Positions 30,572 through 40,099 of a stretch of DNA of 64,000 nucleotides are shown here, piece after piece. The translations under genes were made by a program, and so were the position numbers. Source of the stretch: Nitrosopumilus sp. (GTDB taxonomy: Archaea; Thermoproteota; Nitrososphaeria; Nitrososphaerales; Nitrosopumilaceae); the NCBI GenBank assembly GCA_965214775.1, contig OZ243974.1, forward strand, positions 2,336,001 to 2,400,000. Direction: 5' to 3'. The number at the start of each line of letters is the position of its first letter. The first letter of the stretch is position 1. Below the pieces are notes generated by a model. That model was not told the DNA's origin and did not search any database. It was given only the letters and a program-made list of their open reading frames with translations.

Positions 30572-30845
30572 ACACATTCGTGAATCTTTTGTATGTCAAA
30601 CCAATTCGTCGCGTCTGTCAATCTTGCCTTTTCCTGTCTTCCTAAAAACGACGTGGTGAATCACCTGCTCAAATCATTGCCCAAGACTGACATCGGCATG
30701 GCTGAGCAGATCGACATAATTGGTTGTATCGCGCATGATCACCTGAAGTAGCAAACATGCCGGCGTCACGCTCTGATCCTGCCTAAAACTCACAAGGAAT
30801 GCAAGCCGGGCTCCCATGGTAGTAATGCCGTGCAAGGCATTAAAG

Positions 30846-30873
30846 TTGTTTCTAAATTCGAGTTTAGAAACAT
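30846..30873. repeat. 28-bp palindromic site, copy 1
   Basis: TTGTTTCTAAA TTCGAG TTTAGAAACAT. Confidence 0.9.
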
Positions 30874-31057
30874 GGATTTTTGACAGTGTGCTACCCAATA
30901 TGCGCCTGCAACGGAAGAATAGGAGGATTCAAGACAGAGACATGGGATACACTCTCACTGGCATCACGACTGAATACGTGGCAGGAGGCTGGCGCGTTGT
31001 AAGTTTTGTGGACTCGAAACGAAAGATTGTTATGAGTCATTTGTATAGCGCGTAACC

Positions 31058-31294
31058 ATGAAAAAAGAGCAGATGTTACCATCTCCGACATTGATTCCAC
31101 ACGCAAACGGCAGGAAAAAAATCAAAAGATGCCCGGACTGCGGCAGTGACGATCTTACGAGGATAGCCTACGGGTATATGGAAATAACCGACAAGATTGA
31201 AAGGGCCATCACACGCAAAAAAATAACGCTTGGTGGTTGTTGCGTCGAACCGTACGATTGGCAATGCAACAACTGCGGTAATTTTTTTGAGTGA
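31058..31294 (+). CDS. small Zn-finger protein (copy 1)
   Basis: CPDC...IAYGY...LGGCC...WQCNNC. Confidence 0.75.
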   Translation: MKKEQMLPSPTLIPHANGRKKIKRCPDCGSDDLTRIAYGYMEITDKIERAITRKKITLGGCCVEPYDWQCNNCGNFFE

Positions 31295-31468
31295 CGAGTA
31301 GATGCCGTTTGCGCCACTCGTGCAGTACGATTGGCAATGCAACAACTGCGGTAATTTTTTGCCGTAGTGGAAGAACATCTTGCTGAAAACCAGTCTTGAT
31401 CTGCCTAACAGTCATCATATGCTGCGCCATTACAGGGGGGAGTTGGGCACAATCTGGAATGAACACCC

Positions 31469-31900
31469 ATGTTAATTAGACCCAGGCTGCCCCGTACAAT
31501 CATGCTCACGGTGGACGATCTGATTGCCATGAACAGGAGGATAATACAGGAGTGGCTTGCAGAGCACCCAGACGGGTTTGAGGGGGTCGGCGCGAACAGA
31601 TCCCTACTTGGGGACATATTGCGTGAGACCTACCGCAAGGAGTCGCCTGTACTAATGGCCGCGCATCTGGTGGCCCATATGGCGTGGTCGCAGCCGTTCT
31701 CAGGTGCCAACAAGAGGACTGCGGTTGCAAGTGCAGCTACTTTACTTAAGACGCATGGTTATGATCTGGTCATAAAAGACAAAGACATCGAGCACATCAG
31801 AAATCTCTTGCTTGATGTTATGGGACAGCGGTCTGCCCTGAATTCAAGCGTGTATGATCAAATAATTTTATATGTATCACTACACGCAAGATCATTATGA
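31469..31900 (+). CDS. Fic/Doc-family toxin
   Basis: QPFSGANKRTA, a Fic motif variant with His replaced by Gln. Confidence 0.8.
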   Translation: MLIRPRLPRTIMLTVDDLIAMNRRIIQEWLAEHPDGFEGVGANRSLLGDILRETYRKESPVLMAAHLVAHMAWSQPFSGANKRTAVASAATLLKTHGYDLVIKDKDIEHIRNLLLDVMGQRSALNSSVYDQIILYVSLHARSL

Positions 31901-32112
31901 GCAAGCCGGATATGCTAAGGATTGCAGAAGAGTACATGAGGGACAACAAAGAACTGTTTGATGCACTGGGTGCAGAAAAACCCATCGACACTTCACGCCT
32001 TCCCAAAAACGACGTGGTGAATCACCTGCTCAAATCATTGCCCAAGACCGACATCGGCATGGCTGAGCAGATCGACATAATTGGTCGTATCGCGCATGAT
32101 CACCTGAAGTAG
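31897..32112 (+). CDS. putative antitoxin of the upstream Doc
   Basis: ATGA overlap; YMRDNKELFDALG amphipathic helix. Confidence 0.6.
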   Translation: MSKPDMLRIAEEYMRDNKELFDALGAEKPIDTSRLPKNDVVNHLLKSLPKTDIGMAEQIDIIGRIAHDHLK

Positions 32113-32207
32113 CAGGACATGCCGGCGTCACGCTCTGATCCTGCCTAAAACTCACAAGGAATGCAAGCCGGGCTCCCAAGGTAGTAATGCCGTGCAAGGC
32201 ATTGAAG

Positions 32208-32235
32208 TTGTTCCTAAAATCGAGTTTAGAAACAT
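32208..32235. repeat. 28-bp palindromic site, copy 2
   Basis: TTGTTCCTAAA ATCGAG TTTAGAAACAT. Confidence 0.85.
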
Positions 32236-32292
32236 GTTATTTGGACGCTTTCATGCTATGAATAAAATACAGGAAACGACTACGCCAACGTA

Positions 32293-33325
32293 TTGCGTTT
32301 TGGGCCGAGTCTGCGGGAGCTGTACTTTTACCTTCGAAAGTCCGTGTGTGTCACACACGGACTTGCGTCCTCGGCTAGATACTGCTATGCGACCTGGTTG
32401 CACCACCTGGTCTGCGCCGACAGGCAGGGGCTGAATAACTTCCCGGAGGCCGTGGCCGAGGTTGGGCCCGGCAGCTCGCTGGGCGTTGGACTTGCCGCGC
32501 TAATCTCTGGTTCGCATAAGTATTATAGCAACGGGCAGAAGTCTTTGAGTCAAAGTAGGTCATAACTACGCGTAAAAAACCTCAATTATTTCTGCTCGTT
32601 GCTATATGCCCTTGACGACGTACGGCATGCGACACGAGGCACCAATTTGAAGGTATTTGACGAGCTGGTACGACTGTTCAGGCAAAGGGCATCGATTCCG
32701 GACGGTGACGAGTTTCCGCGGTTGTCGGGGTGGCTTGACACACACGATTTTCCGGATCACATACTGGACAGAGATCGTATGCGTGATTCCCTGGAGCCGG
32801 AGCGCCTCAAGAGGATCAGGGATCTGGTGGCAGGCACGCCCGCCGGAGACGTGGGGGGGGAGACAGTTTGAGATCAGGTACGAAGTGCCGTGGTTCCGCT
32901 CCTGCATGTCAAGGGGCGCCGTAGACATGATCTTCTCTCAAGAGGTCATGGAGCATGTGGACCGTCTGTCTGATGCATACAAGATGATGGCAAGCCTGCT
33001 CAAGCCGGGAGGGTATGCATCCCACCGGATAAATTTTGACTCCCATGATCCTGCCTCCAAAAACTGGAATGATCACTGGACGATAGGATATGTGGCATGG
33101 AGGATGCGCTGGGTCAGGCTGATCTGGATGATAAACAGGGTGCCACTGTCCGGCCACGTGGATCTGATGAGGAGGCACGGATTCAGGATCGTATCCCTGA
33201 CCCGGCACAAGGATTCAAAGGGGTCGGTCCGGCAAAGCTTACTGCGTGGCAGGTTCCGCGGCATGTCCGAAGACGACCTGACGACTCGGAGGGCAAACAT
33301 ACTGGCAAGATTGGAAATCCTGTGA
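32293..33325 (+). pseudogene. SAM-dependent methyltransferase interrupted by a MITE and a G8 frameshift
   Basis: AEVGPGSSLG, YYALD split by the MITE, VDMIFSQEVMEHV, LLKPGG spread over three ORFs. Confidence 0.8.
32524..32606. mobile_element. IS630-derived MITE
   Basis: Same sequence as 12714-12796; TA duplication. Confidence 0.9.
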
Positions 33326-33376
33326 GTTCGTGGATCAAGACTGTCCGACTTGATGATGCGCCACGTTTGAAAACAT

Positions 33377-33404
33377 ATGTTTCTAAATTCGAGTTTAGAA
33401 ATAT
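33377..33404. repeat. 28-bp palindromic site, copy 3
   Basis: ATGTTTCTAAA TTCGAG TTTAGAAATAT. Confidence 0.9.
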
Positions 33405-33443
33405 GGATTTTTAACAGCGGGCCCGGCAACCTATGCTTTGGAC

Positions 33444-33560
33444 GTAATAGGATAGCCCCTGCCTAAAGCTGGAGTACGTCCCTTGCCGGCCAGGCATGAA
33501 AATCACAACTGCAGGCAGATTCGTGCCTGATTGCTGCCTAGGCAGGGGCTATCCTGTTAC
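33444..33560. mobile_element. 117-bp IS66-like MITE
   Basis: TIR GTAATAGGATAGCCCCTGCCTA/TAGGCAGGGGCTATCCTGTTAC; 8-bp TSD CTTTGGAC. Confidence 0.9.
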
Positions 33561-33634
33561 CTTTGGACATTGTCCTAGCTTGCCCGCAAATTATTGGTGG
33601 GGAAAACACCGCGAGACTGCTGCTGACACCTGCA

Positions 33635-33898
33635 TCATGTATCATACCGATCGTAAACTCTTGATCTTTTCTTTACTTTGAGCATGTAAAGGATCAACTT
33701 GTCATTGATCACATCCACTATTATCCTGTATTTTCCTACCCTGTATTTGAAGAAATGAGAACTTTCAAGACGTTCGAGATATGAAAACGGATCTACTTCC
33801 ACATCCCCTGTCTTCAGTAGAACCCTTTTGATGTCGTCTTTTGGAAGCTTGTCTAGTTCTTTTCGTGCCTTGTTTGACCAGATGGCAGTCCAGGTCAT
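33635..33898 (-). CDS. RelE/ParE-family toxin
   Basis: WSNKARKELDKL...KYRVGKYRIIVDV...KKRSRVY. Confidence 0.9.
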   Translation of the reverse strand: MTWTAIWSNKARKELDKLPKDDIKRVLLKTGDVEVDPFSYLERLESSHFFKYRVGKYRIIVDVINDKLILYMLKVKKRSRVYDRYDT

Positions 33899-34134
33899 AG
33901 ACCGTACTTCTTCTTGAGATCTGCATTGGTGATAAACCTGCCAGCTTTGATCTCTTTTATGGATTGTTCAATATCCTGAATGTCTTTCTCTGTAAGCAAA
34001 TCAGAATCATCCTCGTACACGTATTTCAAAATACGATTAAACATGGCCTCATATGACTCGGAGGGGTGATTTTTGAAAGAATCCCACCGCTTCTTTGATG
34101 TTTTAGAAACTTGAATTGAGGTCATTGTATCCAT
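33895..34134 (-). CDS. antitoxin of the RelE toxin
   Basis: TSIQVS N-terminal strand, ESYEAMFNRI, acidic C-terminus; overlaps the toxin start. Confidence 0.85.
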   Translation of the reverse strand: MDTMTSIQVSKTSKKRWDSFKNHPSESYEAMFNRILKYVYEDDSDLLTEKDIQDIEQSIKEIKAGRFITNADLKKKYGL

Positions 34135-34299
34135 GGTTGCCTATAGACGACTATAATATTTAATGCTTGTTTTGACGTCCAGCCAAGTGAAACGTGCCAA
34201 AAAATCGAGCAAAAGCAGGATATCCAACACTTTTCGGAATAGGCGAACCGTTTGAGTCCTCACATCTGCTGTAGGGGGACGTACCGCGTATGAAAACAT

Positions 34300-34327
34300 A
34301 TGTTTCTAAATTCGAGTTTAGAAACAT
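34300..34327. repeat. 28-bp palindromic site, copy 4
   Basis: ATGTTTCTAAA TTCGAG TTTAGAAACAT (perfect 11-bp arms). Confidence 0.9.
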
Positions 34328-34446
34328 GGATTTTTGACAGTGTGCTACCCAATATGCGCCTGCAACGGAAGAATAGGAGGATTCAAGACAGAGACATGGG
34401 ATTCACTCTCACTGGCATCACGACTGAATACGTGGCAGGAGGCTGG

Positions 34447-34537
34447 GTACGAGTTTACCCCTTGGGCGTCACTGCTGTCTGGAGTCTTCATGTTCACGCC
34501 TGCCACGCCGTATCTCAGGTGAGTGGTAAATTCCTAC
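34447..34537. mobile_element. 91-bp MITE
   Basis: 9-bp TSD GGAGGCTGG; absent from the paralogous segment near 30984. Confidence 0.92.
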
Positions 34538-34611
34538 GGAGGCTGGCGCGTTGTAAGTTTTGTGGACTCGAAACGAAAGATTGTTATGAGTCATTTGTAT
34601 AGCGCGTAACC

Positions 34612-34845
34612 ATGAAAAAAGAGCAGATGTTACCATCTCCGACATTGATTCCACACGCAAACGGCAGGAAAAAAATCAAAAGATGCCCGGATTGCGGCAG
34701 TGACGATCTTACGAGGATAGCCTACGGGTATATGGAAATAACCGACAAGATTGAAAGGGCCATCGCACGCAAAAAAATAACGCTTGGTGGTTGTTGCGTC
34801 GAACCGTACGATTGGCAATGCAACAACTGCGGTAATCGGTGGTGA
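34612..34845 (+). CDS. small Zn-finger protein (copy 2)
   Basis: Nearly identical to 31058-31294. Confidence 0.75.
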   Translation: MKKEQMLPSPTLIPHANGRKKIKRCPDCGSDDLTRIAYGYMEITDKIERAIARKKITLGGCCVEPYDWQCNNCGNRW

Positions 34846-35000
34846 GGGCCCACTCCAACGGTGTGGTATATGAGACCAAACTCGGCATTGACATCACATG
34901 CATCCTGGCAAAAAGATGGAAAGGCGCAGTTCCAGTAGGCCATGTGAGGGACTTTGCAGGTGCAATTGACTCCAAAAAGGCAAAAAGGGTATGTTTGACA
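34839..35000 (+). pseudogene. Mrr-type restriction endonuclease fragment
   Basis: AKRWKGAVPVGHVRDFAGAI resembles the Mrr_cat QAKRW...V....V..F.GA segment. Confidence 0.55.
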
Positions 35001-35591
35001 TCACATCGGAATTTACAAATGCAAAAACTACAGCTATGTTCAAACGTTAGACGGGTTTACAATCCCTCCTCATATTTCCGAAATATCACAAGAGACTTTA
35101 CAATAATACCCTGTGCATGCAGTTGAAAATGGAATATTTTTTTGGCGAAATAGGCACGATGTGTCAAAATCATATCCCATTTTTTGATGTTGGTACTATG
35201 GCCGCCCAGACTAGAGTCATTCATGCCTTCCTGATAGGGCATCCTACCTTCAAAAAAACCCCCCCTTTTGGGGCCAAACACGGCTTGATCCTAGTCCATA
35301 TTTGTGCCTGTTTTCACCGATCCGATCTGGAAACAGGGGGGTTTAGCTCTCAGGCACAAAAATAAAACACCGCCAACACTTTGCCCAGCTACCGGGGTGT
35401 TTTGACGGTTGCCTGCCGTATCTACGAGCAGGTGCTAAACCCCCCCTGAAATCGGCGTTTTTTGAGAAAACGGCTCTGTGCCTGGGACGCGTGTCCGGGG
35501 AGGGGGGTTTAGCTCTCAGGCGTGGGATAAGGATCCGCATTTTTGCGGGTATTTTGCATCCTGCAAAGATCGGCACGCTATCCTGGTAACA

Positions 35592-36292
35592 GTATGAGGT
35601 CACCTATTCCCCCACATTAGGTCAAATATTGATGACGATGCCGATCCTTATACCATGATCGCGTATACTAGACATTATGAAAGGTCAACCCTCCACATAC
35701 TGTGAGATCGAGGCATCTATAGCATCGTCGACGGAGAAGATACAGAGTCTGGAAAAGGGAATCAAGGAACGTGACAACATCATCAAGGAACGTGACAACA
35801 TCATCAAGGAACGTGACACGACCATTGAGAAACTAAACAATATAATCAAGGATCAGGGCAGCAGGCTCCGATACTATGAGAACGAGAACTCGCCCCCGTC
35901 GGCAGACTCGCTTGCGTGGAAGGAGCAAAAGGCACAGAGGAAAAAGGAGAGGGCCCAATACGATGCTGTAGCCGGGAATGGCGGCACCAGGAATAACAGG
36001 AAAAAGCCCGGCGGCCAAAAGGGCCACAAGGGCGTATCGCGCGTCCACCGGCCCACCCGGGTACAAAGGCACTACTTTCCGGGCGGACAGGCGCCAGAGT
36101 GCTGGTGCGGCACCCCCACGAAGATCATGAACAGGTCGCAGACACGCGACATGATTGGATTTGAGATCAAGGCGGTTGAGACGCGCCACGAGATACAGAG
36201 GTATGCGGTCACGCCCCCTGCTGGCTAGGCATGAAAATCATAGACATGCATGCCAACTCGTGCCTGATTGGCAGGGGTGGGTGACCTCATGC
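35592..36292 (+). mobile_element. internally deleted IS66-family element
   Basis: Ends GTATGAGGTCACC/GGTGACCTCATGC; ORF 35677-36228 has a coiled coil, NSPPSADS, KKPGGQKGHKG and CWCG, but no DDE core. Confidence 0.8.
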
Positions 36293-36345
36293 CAAGCTAC
36301 TTTGATCACAATGTTAAAATTTCATATTGGCGCAACATTGGCAAT

Positions 36346-37204
36346 TGACAAGAATCATCAGCAGATCAATCTCAAAGGCGGAGTGGGAAAAACCCAGACT
36401 GTAGTGGCCATTGCCGAATTTCTTGCCATGCAGCACAAGAAGAAAGTACTTGTAATTGATCTAGATCCGCAAACCAATGCTACCATGGCCTTGATCACGC
36501 AAGATGTTTGGAAGGACAAGAACGAGAAAGGCGAGACTATTTTTCAAATGTTCAAGGACAGGCTAGACAACACGTCAAAATTCAATATTAAAAACTCGAT
36601 AATGCAAAAAGTATCCAATGTGAATGACGGCATACCGAACTTGGATCTCTTGCCATCAAGTCTGGATCTGGTAGGAATACAGGATGAATTATCACAAATT
36701 ACTACGGGTCGCTTTCATCTGTTCAGCCCAGTTATGATTCTTAAAAGATCCATCTCGCCGGTGTTGCAGGATTACGATTATGTACTCATTGACTGTCCAC
36801 CAAACCTTGGAATAATAACGCTAAACGGCCTGTACATATCAGATTTTTATGTCATTCCCACCATTCCAGACATCCTTCCAACGTTTGGCATCCCACAAAT
36901 AATTAGTAGGATATCGGATTTTTCAAGAGAGGGCGATTTGACAATCAATCCCTCAGGAATAATAATCTCAATGTATAGAAAGCAAAGTACCACACACAAA
37001 ACCATGATGGAGTCCCTGAAAAACAGAGCACAAAGCGGCGAATACCCCCCGGTTTATGATACGGTGATTCCTTTGACCGTAAGAACCGCAGATGCGGCGG
37101 ATGTCAGTTCCGTATCGGCTACACTAAAACAAAAGTACGGCTATGTGACAATGTTTGACGTATATGACAAGCTTACAAACGAGTTTCTGGAGAGGATCCG
37201 ATGA
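36346..37204 (+). CDS. ParA/Soj-family ATPase (5' end uncertain, possibly frameshifted)
   Basis: NLKGGVGKT, VLVIDLDPQTNAT, YDYVLIDCPPNLG. Confidence 0.85.
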
Positions 37205-37536
37205 GCCGGAATGACGAGCTGACGATTCCAGACATCCTGCGTCTGCTGGCAGACCAGATAGAAAAAAATCCCAAACTGCTGGATCCAAAACGGAAATCGG
37301 TCAGAAAAAGGCCCGACATTGACCTGTTTGGCCTGGTATCCAAAGGAGGGGAGGATCTTTTGCGAGAAGAGCTGGAAAAACTGGACATTGACACGCTAAG
37401 GCAAATTGTGCGTACAAGGGGTTTTGATACGTCCAGACTTGCAGGAAAATGGAAAAACAAGCAAAGACTGATCGATCTAATAGTCAAAAAGACGATGTAT
37501 CTGAGCACCAAGGGGGATGTGTTTCTGTATGGATGA
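37201..37536 (+). CDS. small protein coupled to ParA
   Basis: ATGA overlap; helical C-terminal domain (LRQIVRTRGFD...LIDLIV). Confidence 0.7.
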   Translation: MSRNDELTIPDILRLLADQIEKNPKLLDPKRKSVRKRPDIDLFGLVSKGGEDLLREELEKLDIDTLRQIVRTRGFDTSRLAGKWKNKQRLIDLIVKKTMYLSTKGDVFLYG

Positions 37537-37727
37537 GCACCAGAGTGACAGTCCGTGATTCTGAAGCTCAGGCGTGGTGGTGATTATGATGATTTTGATT
37601 CGTACATCCAGCCAAGCACAAAGTATCCAAGATTTGACGTCATGGAGTGGAGGGGGCTTGGGCTCCCTGTGGTAAACCGTCATGCCCTCCTCCTGAGAGG
37701 TTGTCCGGAATCAGAGACCGAACGCCA

Positions 37728-37900
37728 GTATGTGGTCACGTCCCTTGCTAGCTAGGCACGAAGATCACAATCATTCATGCTAATTCATGCCTAACTGATG
37801 ATGGTATAGCAACGAGCAGAAATAATTGAGGTTTTTTACGTGTAGTTATGACCTGCTTTGACTCAAAGACTTCTGCCCGTTGCTATAGGTGACCTCGTAC
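37728..37900. mobile_element. IS66-like MITE with nested IS630 MITE (37805-37887)
   Basis: GTATGTGGTCACGTCCC...GGTGACCTCGTAC interrupted at a TA by TAGCAACG...CGTTGCTA. Confidence 0.8.
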
Positions 37901-37938
37901 GAACGTCCCGTCCGCAGCCGTTCAGCTGCCGCCACTCA

Positions 37939-39047
37939 TTAGGCCGCAGCAGCGATTCTGGCCGGCGCCCTATCGTTGACCAGTCCGCACAGGATACTGT
38001 TTGCAAGGTCGCACTTTTTGAGTGGGTTTCGGTACCGGTCGCCCATGATCCTGTATGTTTTGACCCTGCGTATGGTGTTCCCCACGTACATGCGTATCTT
38101 TGAGTGCGTGATATTGTACTCTTTTTCCGCATCGGTGAGCTTGCCGCCCGGTTTTTTCTTGATTGGGAGTATGACTTCAGTACCTGCATCCACTGACTGT
38201 GCTCCCTGGTATCCGCGATCCATGTAGTGCCGCAGCTTTGTACTCTTTTGTTGTTGCTGCGGCGCATCACCATCCCCGCTGCCGCCGGGGCACTTTTTCT
38301 TTCTCTCTTTTTCTTTCTTTGGTCGTACCGGAACGTGGGATGCCTCATCTGGTACATCGTGATGTCGTTTACGCGTCCCGGAGAGTGGGGCGTGTCTTGT
38401 GTACCAAGTCCGTGGATGTTGGTGATATACTGAACCTTGACTGTGTGCGTGCCTGCCTTGCCTGAATAGTGCGATTTCTCCATGTCCTTTCTCTTGGGCC
38501 TGCATATCTTTTGTTCTGAGGCATCTGTCAGGCAGACAAGTTTCGGTAATACGTCCATTAGCTCCTCTACTGAGGATATTCTCTTGGTGCCCGAATAGAT
38601 CTTTTCGGGGATCGACAGGCACTTTTTGAGAACCGGCGCAATCCCGTCTATCGAGCGCGAGACTGATGCCTGTCCTATTCCGAACATGGCAGATGCCACG
38701 TCCTGCGTGACGTACGTCCTGTAGTAGAACAGGGACAATAGAAGACTCTCCTTTAGGCTGAGGGCAGTCGGACGTCCTGCACCGATGATGTCACGCTTGC
38801 GGTCTTTTTTGGCAGAAAGCAGAAAGCCTCTTTCTGTCCCTCTTTGGGTGTTTTTTTGCCACCTTTGCATACAACAAATCAAATTCGGGGGCAGTCATGC
38901 CGGCAAACATCTTCTTGAATGTCCGGGGTTTTTTTGACAATTTATCAAATAACTTCATGAATTGTACATTTTACTGGCATTTGGATCGGGTTGGTGTACA
39001 TTATGTGTCTGTTTGATCAAAATTTGCTAATTTCGAATCAACTCTCT
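37939..39047 (-). mobile_element. IS5/ISL2-like transposase pseudogene with one end
   Basis: LFYYRTYVTQD, TDASEQ, HYSGKAGTHTVK, MDRGYQG in several frames; end CTAATTTCGAATCAACTCTC matches the ISL2-type MITE ends. Confidence 0.85.
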
Positions 39048-39090
39048 GAAGAGGTGAAAAAAGACTTGGAATAAATCCCCACTCCAAAAA

Positions 39091-39393
39091 TTATTCTATC
39101 TTGCTTGAAATTTCTGATATTTTTTCAGATTCGTTTTCAATCATCCCAACAACGTATGCGACTCCAAGGTTATCCAAATATAGCACTGCCATGCTTTTTC
39201 CATCATCTGAAAGCAGTTTGCGTTTTACAAGTTTCTGCGCAACAGACTTGAATCCTTTTTTTACCCTGTACGCAGATGAGATCTTTTGCCAGTTTATCAT
39301 CTTTGCAAACTTTTCAATGGCAACATATTTTGGCATTCCAATTATTCCCTTGCTGTATGCATGTAAAATCACTGCGATCTCATAGTCATGCAT
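39091..39393 (-). CDS. hypothetical, possibly winged-helix protein
   Basis: About 100 aa; KSVAQKLVKRKLL...VLYLDNLG. Confidence 0.65.
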   Translation of the reverse strand: MHDYEIAVILHAYSKGIIGMPKYVAIEKFAKMINWQKISSAYRVKKGFKSVAQKLVKRKLLSDDGKSMAVLYLDNLGVAYVVGMIENESEKISEISSKIE

Positions 39394-39447
39394 ACTGTAC
39401 AATTATGCAATAATTATTATATAAGCATACTGTACAATTATGCAATA
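39390..39447. promoter_or_regulatory. two 23-bp direct repeats flanking an AT/TATA core between divergent genes
   Basis: GCATACTGTACAATTATGCAATA at 39390-39412 and 39425-39447. Confidence 0.7.
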
Positions 39448-39980
39448 TGCCCAGAACCGACCTTGCCAGTGCCACCTTGCAAATTATGAAGACACTCCAA
39501 AATGGAGAGTCATACACGCTAAACAAGATAAGCAGAGAAACGGAATTGAATTTTAGAACCGTTCAAAAGGTATTCAAGCTAATAGAGGCATTCCAGGAAC
39601 AGCTAGAATCAAAAAAGATCAATATAATCCGCCAGAACCACGTAATCCGCATACAAATGAAGTCAAAAAGTGGAATAACATCGATGCCAACTCCAATACA
39701 AAAAATGCTTATTCGCACATCATACTATCCAACACCTGGCAGAAACGAGGAACTGCTTGTGTATCTGTTACAAAACAACGCAACCAAAAATTCATCTGCA
39801 ATACAAATGAATTCAAACAAGCTGTTAGACGAGTTGGTTGCAGCAGAGCACGTAATCAAGAAAGGAAAAAAATATCACTTGTCTGAGATGGGTCAAATCG
39901 CCGCAAAGGGCGCAATGTCGCTTTATCCAGAACTAGTCCAGAGAGTTGATTCGAAATTAGCAGACTCTGATTATTTGTGA
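39447..39980 (+). CDS. winged-helix domain protein
   Basis: YTLNKISRETELNFRTVQKVF HTH; C-terminal YHLSEMG wing; last codons come from a MITE. Confidence 0.75.
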   Translation: MPRTDLASATLQIMKTLQNGESYTLNKISRETELNFRTVQKVFKLIEAFQEQLESKKINIIRQNHVIRIQMKSKSGITSMPTPIQKMLIRTSYYPTPGRNEELLVYLLQNNATKNSSAIQMNSNKLLDELVAAEHVIKKGKKYHLSEMGQIAAKGAMSLYPELVQRVDSKLADSDYL

Positions 39981-40082
39981 GCGAATCTGCATAAAACATC
40001 TCAAAATACCAGCAAAATGCCAGGTCATCTGCGAAACCGCTTGAGAGATTCGCACGGCTTTTGATTTCGGACCACCTCTCTG
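39939..40082. mobile_element. ISL2-type MITE
   Basis: CAGAGAGTTGATTCGAAATT...ATTTCGGACCACCTCTCTG; copies at 41772 and 46106. Confidence 0.8.
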
Positions 40083-40099
40083 CAGCTGCTTTTGGGCGG

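Noticed and set aside
31251-31360. ~36-bp direct repeat as a CRISPR unit
   Set aside because: It duplicates the 3' end of the Zn-finger gene (YDWQCNNCGNF), so it is coding-derived.
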